Positions 48,501-56,773 are shown, numbered from the stretch's first letter. The stretch is 64,000 bases of DNA from Clostridia bacterium (GCA_017472695.1 JAFUOQ010000016.1:25944-89943), one strand, 5' to 3'. Numbers and translations: made by a program. The notes: a model not told the origin generated them from the sequence alone.

Positions 48501-49235
48501 ACTATCATCACCTTTCAAACATATACTTGCAATAGTAAAATAAAATGCATAATCCGTTCCAAAATATCTTGATGATACTGAATATATAGAACCATTTTCT
48601 AATTTGTTTAATTCTTCAATTAATACACCCGAATTGGCTTGATTACCCGCTGTTACTATTTCTTCTGATAAGATTGGAGTGGTAGAGTTTTTGAAAAATT
48701 CCCAGTCAGCAGTTGCTAAAGCAATTCCATAACTATCGACTTTTTCACCGAACTCTTTGAGTAGCCAAATTTCCACATCTATATGTTTTTGTAACCACTT
48801 TTCCAAATCGTTCGCATCAATTACACAAATTTCTTTGAATATTCCTTCTGCATTGGCTTTTTGTATGAAGTTTTGCACTTGTGTTGAGTCGACTATTTTA
48901 GGTGTAACTGCTACATAAGAATATTCACTTTTTTCGAATTCTGTAAGCTCTTCTTTCCGTTTATTATAATCACTCTGGATTTTTTGTAAAGCTTGTGTTG
49001 TCGTTCCTAATTCCCAGAATGAATTGTTCAATGGAACAAATTCATGCTCAACCCTATTATCAAGCACTTTGCCATCCCATCCTGTAGTATATATTGCAAC
49101 TCCTGAAGGAAAATGTGTTTTACCTGTCTTGTTTATTGACAATCGTATCAATTTTCTAATTAATTCAGGAAATATTTCCTGTCCTCTTCTAGAATCATTT
49201 TTAAACAACTCTGATATTTTAACGCTAGATATCAT
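45537..49235 (-). CDS. Orphan giant protein (~1232 aa), no recognised catalytic domain
   Basis: Uninterrupted ORF in AT-rich DNA. The ATG at 49235 lies 7 nt after AAGGAGA, which sits inside the upstream gene (the ORF track's ATG at 49241 is only 1 nt from the SD). Overlaps the upstream stop by 11 nt. Composition suggests a largely helical protein. Confidence 0.8.
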   Translation of the reverse strand: MISSVKISELFKNDSRRGQEIFPELIRKLIRLSINKTGKTHFPSGVAIYTTGWDGKVLDNRVEHEFVPLNNSFWELGTTTQALQKIQSDYNKRKEELTEFEKSEYSYVAVTPKIVDSTQVQNFIQKANAEGIFKEICVIDANDLEKWLQKHIDVEIWLLKEFGEKVDSYGIALATADWEFFKNSTTPILSEEIVTAGNQANSGVLIEELNKLENGSIYSVSSRYFGTDYAFYFTIASICLKGDDSLKEKCIVVNNQAALDVVKTFCEDKVIIINFNCFDEKIRKNKNNIYIIFDNYVKANIQLERVEICDFEKALEQNMNYDSSTAYKIAISTDRNFMALRRLLANNPLCKVPNWARLKNKNEMIPLMLMDEIRMNRQCDVEVLKTLVGENYDYYLELLNYWSETKESPLFKYQTTFKLCARKECFDYIQIDIYSLKLQKLEEKMKEILSFINPKYEKKPSVWYVNDGSYKWSESLVNNILDGFVIISTKSYMAQQHFDLFVNDVLNKAKEKYELLLTVAPYLPKLAELSPYSFLKFIRDSIENKEEIVKRFFETKQEGLFFEDAFLDYVLWSVERCLLIKEHSKEAFHVLLDLYYYLNGSQKILDAVIEKFSPIMVTSIPVSLSEKTELLFSRIKKESVEKSRPIIQKLAGGGKLNAVVPVIHSYKIEKPETINFTYEEYYKLQSEALRWLLENSSSNELIQMLKEIFNNMYTMKSSIIQEGLAEIKNKVKNVDDEIKAQLNYQILDAIYDVKKYKNRERLKELLSDLIELFDMTQAKDLFVRYKYVFENDSFPFDHPREYDSNDHTWIEYEQIERKNIREKFIKELIDFYGENVIEKVISIACGKTWSSWEIIYANSKNHMRDASLIINKRDKTALSCYLSWFTHEEIDELIGNQLNENNSDFICMCLPLNEYLINKFENTELERKYWFERSMIWGVCSFKDKVIEKLVSFYPVALLGYYAYQNKVYTYSEGIALLKSLSINANEERFAAKLVNEKYALSAFIDSMDKEYYTDELCKCEFDLLPFLLYDLKDFPIGIKQYFWNNPEALGELLKNLYLQREEIKDHSLGQKMLYEVIGSYGELCFVPIETVSQNKEMLKSWAYRMIGVAKEGTDEKRILKIAVINTLARVLKQPWETIWPVIEIADILEEFACDDFDSKYDVAYTFNSAFLNSRGVRTVGNGSVEFNLSKKYDAYKKYYESTHPITAKALEYISSDYYREGERDKLRSIIG

Positions 49236-50358
49236 TATCATTCTCCTTTAATCCATAATTCTCTCTATTCCTAAATAAAGTAAAATTATTATCATATATT
49301 GGATCATTTTTTATAAAGTCTTGTACGGATGGTATGTTAAGACAGTTCATTAATTTTATAAGGTTTTCACCATCCGGTATAGTTTCGCCTTTTTCCCATT
49401 TTTGGTATGTTCGTAATTGAACACCGACTGCGTCAGCTATTTGTTGCTGTTTCATGCCTCTATAATTTCTATAAAATTTCAAAGCAGTTCTGTCCAATTC
49501 CATAATATATGAACCTGTATATATGAGATACCAAACATCTTCATTATCGTCATCATCATTATATATATTTGGCAAATATATTTTAGTTTTAGGATTTAGG
49601 CCTATATGCAGTTCTTTTTCATTGCTTTCCCTACCCATTGAGTAACAGTTTGTTGCTTTAACATACTCTGCATTTTCTATCCATACTCCGATCCATTTTA
49701 AAGCTGGTATGTTGTTACTATCACAAGGAAATTGTCCACCTACAATTATTTCATTGTCTATTCTTAAAAAATTTTCATTGAATCCTACTAATCCAGGCAT
49801 ATATATAATTGGCTCCTTGCCCGTTCTTTCAAGAATGTCGTTATATGCATATGTAATCGACTCTGGAAATTTATTATCAATATTCATACTTTGACACATT
49901 TCCAAATATTCTATCCACATAAACAAAACCCTAGAATTCCCAGTCGACGGACCATGTTGGTTTACAATATAACTAAAAATATCCGGTACTTTCAATTTGT
50001 ATTCATATAGCAGTTTTTCCAGTGCTATATACATATGCTCGTAATCATGCTCGCGATGCTCATTCCAACGCATATCATATATTATAGAACTCAATGAACC
50101 AAACTCTTTTTTATAATAATCGCACACATAAAAATAAAATGGTATTCTTTTCACAAAAACATCAACAGGAACAGGCGAAAACCCATATTCATATTCAATA
50201 CATTTAACATTTCTATTAGTGTTTTTTCTTATAACTAAATCAAATATTTCATTTCCTACAACATTGTGAATGTTTAAATATGATAATAATTTTTCTGTAT
50301 CGTAATATTCCTCTGTTACATATTGTTTAATAAAGTTTACTTGATCATGTGTTAACAC
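49225..50358 (-). CDS. Orphan protein with C-terminal XRE-type helix-turn-helix (377 aa)
   Basis: GTG start 8 nt after AGGGGGA. The C-terminal MKQQQIADAVGVQLRTYQKWEKGETIPDGENLIKLMNCLNI is a canonical HTH_3/XRE domain. The ~290-aa N-terminal part is unrecognised. Confidence 0.8.
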   Translation of the reverse strand: MLTHDQVNFIKQYVTEEYYDTEKLLSYLNIHNVVGNEIFDLVIRKNTNRNVKCIEYEYGFSPVPVDVFVKRIPFYFYVCDYYKKEFGSLSSIIYDMRWNEHREHDYEHMYIALEKLLYEYKLKVPDIFSYIVNQHGPSTGNSRVLFMWIEYLEMCQSMNIDNKFPESITYAYNDILERTGKEPIIYMPGLVGFNENFLRIDNEIIVGGQFPCDSNNIPALKWIGVWIENAEYVKATNCYSMGRESNEKELHIGLNPKTKIYLPNIYNDDDDNEDVWYLIYTGSYIMELDRTALKFYRNYRGMKQQQIADAVGVQLRTYQKWEKGETIPDGENLIKLMNCLNIPSVQDFIKNDPIYDNNFTLFRNRENYGLKENDNDI

Positions 50359-50388
50359 AATATAATCCCCCTAATTTTTTCTAATTAC

Positions 50389-50417
50389 ATTATACACGAA
50401 TAAAAATGCGTTTTCAA
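50389..50417 (-). promoter_or_regulatory. Strong sigma-A promoter of the orphan two-gene operon
   Basis: On the minus strand: TTGAAA (50417-50412), 17-nt spacer ending in TG, TATAAT (50394-50389). About 25-nt leader to the SD. Confidence 0.7.
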
Positions 50418-50789
50418 GCGAAACTTTTGACGTGAAATATGCATTTTAATTCTTCAAAGCTTAACTTTTTAAAAATAAAAATTTTAATTTTAATGAAAGA
50501 CGCGAAACAAAAGACATTAACAAATAAAAAATGTGGCTTAATTATATTTTCTACCCAAGTTTAAGCTTTAGCATGCTTTTTAATAATCACAAAGGTGGAT
50601 AACCATAACACAGCGCAATAGTCCTATAGCAAAAAGACTTGTTTTAACTTGGAGAGGGATTTAAATGCCAAATGTTAAGCTGTTAAACAAGTGCTGAATA
50701 TGGGCTTTGTGGAGCTCCTAAAGAGCGTTTGAGAGAGTTGGGTGGCATACAAAAAAGCCCACACGGTTGTTTCCGTATAGGCTGATTTA

Positions 50790-51140
50790 TCATCTAAAAT
50801 TCCCAACAACGTTTAAAAGTCCAAAGAGAAATATAGATATAATTAAACAAACACCAACTTTTGTTATCGTATATAGAATACTTCCTTTATATGGTTTTTC
50901 AGTTTTAGGATCATACATATTTCCTACTATACTTCTCGTTACCTTATGAATCGGGTCTTTTAATATCTCATTTCCAATTTTGTTAGTAATTTTTCCAAAA
51001 ACGCCACATTCATTTAATTGATCTAAAGGATCGGGTGTTATCTTATCTCTAACAAATCCATTTCCTTTTTTAAACACCTTATAAAATTTTTTATTATATG
51101 TTCTTCTTTTGTTTGAACTTCTATTTTTATTTTTTCTCAA
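50790..51140 (-). CDS. Small basic protein with C-terminal transmembrane helix (116 aa)
   Basis: TTG start 8 nt after AAAGGA. N-terminus MRKNKNRSSNKRRTYNKKFYK, C-terminal VGVCLIISIFLFGLLNVV. Followed by a terminator hairpin (50757-50782). Confidence 0.5.
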   Translation of the reverse strand: MRKNKNRSSNKRRTYNKKFYKVFKKGNGFVRDKITPDPLDQLNECGVFGKITNKIGNEILKDPIHKVTRSIVGNMYDPKTEKPYKGSILYTITKVGVCLIISIFLFGLLNVVGNFR

Positions 51141-51368
51141 TAGTTTTGTCCTTTCTATTATGAATTTTATTTTATCATAATTATACCATTATTTTGTGCT
51201 ATTGTAAAGTCTTACATGTCTCAAAAAGGCGACAGTATAAATAAGCCTCTACGATTTTGGTCGTAAAGGCTTGATTTTTATTAAATTTGTGTGCCGATTT
51301 GCGATGCTTTTACCTGCAATTTGGCATACGTTTGGCATATTTGACATACGGTTTGGAATGCCAAAAGT

Positions 51369-51433
51369 CCGAAAAGCCTTGTAGTACAAGGCTTTGTGGG
51401 ATTAGTTATCTGCCAAGGGTTTCATCGTTGGGA
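51369..51433. repeat. lysS 3'-end/terminator copy C (functional end of lysS; att-like core)
   Basis: Same ~65-nt sequence as copies A and B. It includes the real lysS stop (51402-51404) and the terminator hairpin aaagccttgta(gta)caaggcttt. Confidence 0.9.
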
Positions 51434-52928
51434 ACAGGAGCACGTCGCGGATTGATGCGGAGTCGGTTAGGAGCATTACGAGGCGGTCGATGCCGAAGCC
51501 TAGGCCACCTGTTGGGGGCATGCCGTATTCGAGGGCATCGATGTAGTCATAGTCTACCTCTGCCTTGGAGTCTGGCTCTTCCTTTAGCTTTTCTGCTACT
51601 TGCTCTTCAAATCTACCCTTTTGGTCGATTGGGTCATTTAGCTCACTGAATGCGTTACCGAATTCTGTTGCGTTGATAAAGTACTCAAATCTTTCGGTAA
51701 ATGCAGGGTTAGTTGGCTTTCTCTTTGCAAGAGGGCTATTTTCAACTGGGTAGTCATAGATAAATGTTGGTTGAATGAGCTTTTCTTCAACATATGCATC
51801 AAAGATTTCGATAAGGACTCTGCCCTTGGTTGCATCATCTGCTACTTCAACGTGTAGCTTCTTCGCTACCTCGCGAGCTTCCTCATCGGTTGCCCAGTCG
51901 TTATAGTCAACGCCTGCGTATTTCTTAACTGCCTCAACCATTGTAAGGCGCTCCCACTTGCCCATATCAATTTCGTTGCCTTGATATGTAATTACTGTGG
52001 AGCCACAAACCTTCTCGGCTAACATCTTGTACATTTCCTCAACCAAATCCATCATACCATGATAATCGGTAAATGCTTGGTATAATTCAATTGTTGTAAA
52101 CTCTGGGTTGTGCTTTGTGTCCATACCCTCATTTCTAAAGATACGACCTACCTCATAAACCTTGTGCATACCACCAACGATTAATCTCTTTAGGTATAGC
52201 TCGGTTTCGATACGAAGAGTCATATCAATGTCAAGGGTGTTATGGTGTGTCTTGAATGGACGAGCACTTGCCCCTATTTCCATAGGCACAAGAATAGGGG
52301 TATCAACCTCTAAAAAGCCCTTGTTATCAAGATAATTTCTAATCTCCTTAAGAATTTGTGAACGCTTATAGAATGTTTCTTTAACCTCTGGGTTAACTAT
52401 TAAGTCAACATATCTTTGTCTGTATCTTTGCTCAAGGTTTGTTAAGCCATGATACTTTTCTGGAAGTGGACGGAGTGATTTTGAAAGAAGAATTGCACTC
52501 TTTGCGTGGATAGAAACCTCACCCGTTCTAGTTCTAAAAAGAACACCTTCAACACCGATAATATCACCAATGTCCCACTTTTTAAAGCCTGCATAGTCCT
52601 CTTCGCCCAAGTCATTTTTGGAAACGTATAGCTGAACCTTGCCAGCCTCGTCTAAAAGATGAGCAAAGGATGCCTTACCCATAATACGGCGTGACATCAT
52701 TCTTCCTGCTACGCGAACAACAATTTCCTCACCCTCGGCAAGTGTTGGCTCTTTTTCTTCAAAGAGTTTAATTGCATCAACACTCAAGTGAGTTACCTCA
52801 TACTTTGTAATTTCAAAAGGGTTTTTGCCCTCGTCCTGTAAGGACTTTAGCTTTTCCCTTCTTATAATCATCTGCTCGTTCAAATCTTCTTCGAGCGCTA
52901 CATTTTCGTTATTTACTACTTCTGCCAT
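51402..52928 (-). CDS. lysS: Lysine--tRNA ligase (class II)
   Basis: Class II LysRS motifs (FRNEG, GGLGFGIDRLVMLL). I prefer the ATG at 52928 (MAEVVNNE), just downstream of the greA stop, over the ORF-track start at 52985, which overlaps greA. Confidence 0.94.
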   Translation of the reverse strand: MAEVVNNENVALEEDLNEQMIIRREKLKSLQDEGKNPFEITKYEVTHLSVDAIKLFEEKEPTLAEGEEIVVRVAGRMMSRRIMGKASFAHLLDEAGKVQLYVSKNDLGEEDYAGFKKWDIGDIIGVEGVLFRTRTGEVSIHAKSAILLSKSLRPLPEKYHGLTNLEQRYRQRYVDLIVNPEVKETFYKRSQILKEIRNYLDNKGFLEVDTPILVPMEIGASARPFKTHHNTLDIDMTLRIETELYLKRLIVGGMHKVYEVGRIFRNEGMDTKHNPEFTTIELYQAFTDYHGMMDLVEEMYKMLAEKVCGSTVITYQGNEIDMGKWERLTMVEAVKKYAGVDYNDWATDEEAREVAKKLHVEVADDATKGRVLIEIFDAYVEEKLIQPTFIYDYPVENSPLAKRKPTNPAFTERFEYFINATEFGNAFSELNDPIDQKGRFEEQVAEKLKEEPDSKAEVDYDYIDALEYGMPPTGGLGFGIDRLVMLLTDSASIRDVLLFPTMKPLADN

Positions 52929-52938
52929 TTTAAATTCC

Positions 52939-53421
52939 TTATTTCTTTGTTCTTTCAAATGATACAATCTTTGCTTCCTTGTCACCAGCTGGTGTAACTA
53001 TTGTAACATTTTCACCCTTCTTGTGTCCTACAAGTGCCATACCGATAGGAGAAATGTCGGAAATCTTTTTCTCAATAGGAGCAACCTCGTTTGAGCTGAC
53101 GATATGATATGTTACTGTTCTGCCATCCTCATACTTAATTGTAACTGACGAACCAATGCTAACTACATTTTTATCAATGTTTTCCTCAGAAACAACCTCA
53201 CCATTTTTGATAAGGAATTCAAGCTCTGCAATTCTGTGCTCTACTTGTGCTTGTTGGTTCTTTGCCTCGTCGTACTCACTGTTCTCGGATAAGTCACCAA
53301 AGCTTCTTGCCTCTTTTAAAAGCTCCTTAACCTCTTGACGACGTGTGATTTTTAAATATTCAAGCTCATCAATTAATTTTTGATAGCCCTCTTGGGTATA
53401 TTTTGTCTTTTGCTCTGTCAT
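52939..53421 (-). CDS. greA: Transcription elongation factor GreA
   Basis: 160 aa. N-terminal coiled coil with GDLSENSEYDEAK and a C-terminal FKBP-like domain (ISPIGMALVGHKKGE). Confidence 0.94.
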   Translation of the reverse strand: MTEQKTKYTQEGYQKLIDELEYLKITRRQEVKELLKEARSFGDLSENSEYDEAKNQQAQVEHRIAELEFLIKNGEVVSEENIDKNVVSIGSSVTIKYEDGRTVTYHIVSSNEVAPIEKKISDISPIGMALVGHKKGENVTIVTPAGDKEAKIVSFERTKK

Positions 53422-53439
53422 ATTATTTACCTAACCTTT

Positions 53440-54705
53440 CTATCGTGTGCTTTTAAGCGCATCATATGCGGTACTCAATTGGTTATCCTGAGCATCCGTA
53501 ATTTCAAAATAATTCATATTTTCAAGTGAGCTATCAAGCTCAACCTTTATATCAGGTGCAATACCAACGCCATCATAATTATCTGATTTTGGTGGGTTGT
53601 ACATCTGCGTAGTGTAACGGAGTGCACCACCATTTGGCAAGGTTATTATATTTTGCATACAGCCCTTACCATAGGTATTAGTTCCAACTATTATAGCCTT
53701 ATTATAATCCTTGAGCGCACAGGTAAATAGCTCTCCTGCGCTAGCTGTACCACCATCGGTAAGCACTGCCATTGGAACATCAATTTGGCTTGAGCTTGAA
53801 TAATAGCTATTAACAACTGTACCATCTAAATCAGTAATATCAACGATTTTTCCACTTGGCAACAGAAAATCCAGCATCTCAACACAGGAAGCAAGCGTGC
53901 CACCTGGATTTGAACGAACGTCAAACACAAGCGATTCACAGCCGTCATCTAAAAGTGAGTTCACTGCATTCTTAAATTGCTTTGGTGTTCCATCGTTGAA
54001 CTCAATAATTCTAACAACGCCAACCTTATTATCAAGTGCGTACTTATGATAGAACACACTCTGTGTCTCAAATTGATTTCTTATAACCTTAAAATTTCTA
54101 CCGATACCATCGCGCAAAGCCGTAATTACAACATCTGTGCCTGCCTCGCCTGCTATTTTTGCAACTGATGCATCATAGCCAAGCTCTTTAACAGACTCGC
54201 CATCGACATGAGTAATTATATCGCCCTTTTTAAGTCCTGCCTTCTCGGCTGGAGAGCCATTCATAACCTCGAGGATTTTTATACCCTCGTCGCCCTCATT
54301 AAATTGCTTTACATAAACACCGATGCCGACACTAACACCCTCTGCGTCGCTAAAAATACTATCAACCTCTTCAGGTGAATAATAAGCACCATACGGGTCT
54401 CCAACGCAAATGATATACGCGTTCATAAGATTGTAAACAAGCTCGTCTTTATCAATATCGTTTACATATCCAGTTTGATAGAAATAATCTATCATAGCAA
54501 GCGTTTCAAAAAGCTCTGGATTTTGTTTGTCCTCGGGTAAGGCGGACTGATACTCGTCAACTCCAGCTGACGAGGATTGGTTATCATTAAAATAATTGAA
54601 TATATAGTTTGCTGTTTGTACTACCGAAAACGTAAATGTAAAGGTTATTACAATAGCTAACACTATTGAAACAACTAACGTTAGTAAGCTAACCTTTTTT
54701 TGCAT
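53440..54705 (-). CDS. S41 family C-terminal processing peptidase with PDZ domain
   Basis: 421 aa. N-terminal membrane anchor, PDZ (GSPAEKAGLKKGDIITHVDG), catalytic GGTASAGE Ser and downstream GKG Lys. Confidence 0.88.
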   Translation of the reverse strand: MQKKVSLLTLVVSIVLAIVITFTFTFSVVQTANYIFNYFNDNQSSSAGVDEYQSALPEDKQNPELFETLAMIDYFYQTGYVNDIDKDELVYNLMNAYIICVGDPYGAYYSPEEVDSIFSDAEGVSVGIGVYVKQFNEGDEGIKILEVMNGSPAEKAGLKKGDIITHVDGESVKELGYDASVAKIAGEAGTDVVITALRDGIGRNFKVIRNQFETQSVFYHKYALDNKVGVVRIIEFNDGTPKQFKNAVNSLLDDGCESLVFDVRSNPGGTLASCVEMLDFLLPSGKIVDITDLDGTVVNSYYSSSSQIDVPMAVLTDGGTASAGELFTCALKDYNKAIIVGTNTYGKGCMQNIITLPNGGALRYTTQMYNPPKSDNYDGVGIAPDIKVELDSSLENMNYFEITDAQDNQLSTAYDALKSTR

Positions 54706-54750
54706 AATTATACCTCTTTTGCCGTTATTTTTTGCTATTACAAGAGGTCT

Positions 54751-55836
54751 TTAGAATTTTACAGGCTTTGATGTAAGGTAGCGCTTAACCATAAGGGCAA
54801 CCTTAAATGTGATTGCATGGTCAAACTCGCGAAGGTCAAGACCTGTGATTTTTCTGATTTTTTCAAGTCTATATACAAGTGTATTTCTGTGAACAAATAG
54901 CTTTCTTGAGGTTTCTGACACGTTTAGGTTGTTGTCGAAGAACACTTGGATTGTTTGAAGAGTTTCCTTATCAAGTGTTTCGAGTGAGCCGTGCTTGAAC
55001 ACCTCTGTTAAAAACATTTCACAAAGTGTTGTTGGTAGCTGATAGATAAGACGACCGATACCGAGATTTTCATAGCTGATAATCTCCTTCTCGCTCTCAA
55101 ATACCTTACCAACCTCAATTGCAATCTGTGACTCCTTGTATGAACGAGCAAGGTCCTTAATATTTTCTACAATAGTACCGATACCGATACCAACCTTGCA
55201 ATAAAATTCAGAGCTGATTGTATCACAAATATTTTGTGCTAGCTGCTCAACATCCTGGCTTGTTGCATCATTGTCAAGTCCTTTAACGATAACAACATCC
55301 TGTTCTCCTGTTGAAATGATAAAATCCTTTGATTTATCTGGGAACATATTTTGAATAACATCAAATGGCAAAACATCACTTCTTGTATAGAAGCGAGCGA
55401 GCAAAACTACTCTTGGCTCTGCTCCATCAAAGTGAAGCTCCTTGCTCTTAGCATAAATATCACTTGGTAGGATATTGTCCATAATGATGTTTTTGATAAA
55501 TGAGCTCTTATCGCTCTTTTCGTCATAAAAGTCCTTAATGTTTGAAAGTGAAATAGCCAAAATTGCAGCATACTTCTCCGCAGTTTTGTCCTCGCCCTCA
55601 ACAAATACCATAAATTCAGGGTTTGTGCCGTTGCCAATGTGATGATAGGTATATCCCTCAAGAGCCATCATATCAGTAGTATATGACATTTCCTCTTTAG
55701 CCTTAGGACGTGCTTCACCAATCATAGAAAGCTCACTACAAGCGATGACAAAGCCACCATCGTCGATAACACCGATAACACGGTCAAGAGCTGTATGCAT
55801 TTGGTGAATTATACCTTGGAACAATCTGTTTGACAT
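54751..55836 (-). CDS. PucR/CdaR-family transcriptional regulator
   Basis: C-terminal PucR-type HTH (VSETSRKLFVHRNTLVYRLEKIRKITGLD). ATG at 55836 follows GGAGGT (ORF track starts at 55884). Confidence 0.8.
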   Translation of the reverse strand: MSNRLFQGIIHQMHTALDRVIGVIDDGGFVIACSELSMIGEARPKAKEEMSYTTDMMALEGYTYHHIGNGTNPEFMVFVEGEDKTAEKYAAILAISLSNIKDFYDEKSDKSSFIKNIIMDNILPSDIYAKSKELHFDGAEPRVVLLARFYTRSDVLPFDVIQNMFPDKSKDFIISTGEQDVVIVKGLDNDATSQDVEQLAQNICDTISSEFYCKVGIGIGTIVENIKDLARSYKESQIAIEVGKVFESEKEIISYENLGIGRLIYQLPTTLCEMFLTEVFKHGSLETLDKETLQTIQVFFDNNLNVSETSRKLFVHRNTLVYRLEKIRKITGLDLREFDHAITFKVALMVKRYLTSKPVKF

Positions 55837-56026
55837 AGAAACCTCCAACATATTTGTCTTTTTTGATTGTGCATTTTTACACATTTTTGTGCATTTTGTG
55901 CATTCGCATTATCTATATTACACTATTTTGTTGTCTTTTTCAATAGTTTTTTTGATATTTTTTTGTGAATTTTGCACATTTTCCTGTCAAAATAACCAAA
56001 AACGCATTTTTCACTAAAAATTATCA

Positions 56027-56773
56027 TTACATTTCTGTGTGATATGCAATACAGGACAAAACAAAGGTAGGAGCTGTTTCACAGCGCAAAATTCTTTTAC
56101 CAAGACTTACGCTTTTTGCACCCTTTTGGATTATGTATTCAGCCTCTTTCTCGCTAAATCCACCCTCCGAGCCGATTATTATGGAGATTTTTCCGTCAAT
56201 TTTGGCTTCCTCTAAAGCGGTCTTTAAGGTGCTCACATCTTCTCTTTCATTACAGAAAAGAACGAGTGAGGATTCCATCGCTTTTTCAATGGCTGGCACA
56301 AAGTCCATAGCGGTATGTACGGTTGGTATGATTCCTCTGCCACATTGCTTTGCTCCGCCTTCGGCAATTTTTTGCCATCTTTCTCTTTTCCTTTCTGCAT
56401 CCTTGCTATCCAGCTTTACAACGCATCTTTCACTTCTGAATGGAATAATCTCGCAAGCGCCACATTCGGTTGACTTTTGTATTATCGTTTCCATTTTATC
56501 GCTTTTAGGGAGTGCTTGGAATAGCAAAATCTCGTATTTTGGTTCACTCTCTGCTTGGCACTCATCAATTACCTCGGCAAGAACCTCTTTTTCGCCAAAC
56601 TGAACAAGAGAGCAAAGGTAAACAGTTTTTTTGTTGTCCACCACCTCAATTTTTTCGCCCACTGCCATGCGAAGTGACCTTGAAATGTGATGCGCATCCT
56701 CTCCAGTGATAGATATCATTTTCACATTATTATTTTCTAAAACAGCGTTCTTATCTACAAAAAATCTTGGCAT
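56027..56773 (-). CDS. rsmE: 16S rRNA (uracil1498-N3)-methyltransferase
   Basis: 248 aa. N-terminal MPRFFV...GEDAHHISRSLRM PUA-like segment and C-terminal SPOUT knot (IIGSEGGFSEKE...LGKRILRCETA). Confidence 0.9.
   Translation of the reverse strand: MPRFFVDKNAVLENNNVKMISITGEDAHHISRSLRMAVGEKIEVVDNKKTVYLCSLVQFGEKEVLAEVIDECQAESEPKYEILLFQALPKSDKMETIIQKSTECGACEIIPFRSERCVVKLDSKDAERKRERWQKIAEGGAKQCGRGIIPTVHTAMDFVPAIEKAMESSLVLFCNEREDVSTLKTALEEAKIDGKISIIIGSEGGFSEKEAEYIIQKGAKSVSLGKRILRCETAPTFVLSCIAYHTEM

Larger units (their letters stand above)
39211..51368. mobile_element. Putative island 2 integrated at the lysS 3' end (Fic, LRR lipoprotein, orphan two-gene operon); no recombinase
   Basis: Bounded by core copy B and by the functional lysS end (copy C). 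Arm-type direct repeats occur at both ends. The 45-51 kb part is visibly more AT-rich than the flanking core genes. Confidence 0.65.

Noticed and set aside
49116-49139. Walker-A-like string SINKTGKT near the N-terminus of the giant protein
   Set aside because: The first position is Ser rather than Gly/Ala. There is no matching Walker B or other NTPase motif downstream, and the local context looks more like a nuclease-fold beta-strand region. This is not enough to call an ATPase.
45537-50358. Rx4-6H (HEPN-like) strings, e.g. RCLLIKEH and REEIKDH in the giant protein and REHDYEH in the 377-aa protein
   Set aside because: Such short patterns are expected by chance in >1600 residues of Lys/Glu-rich sequence. 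There is no supporting helical-pair context that I can verify by eye.
51287-51649. 120-aa plus-strand ORF rich in Arg/Gly/Leu
   Set aside because: It runs antisense through the lysS 3' end and the att arm repeats, so it is a shadow ORF.
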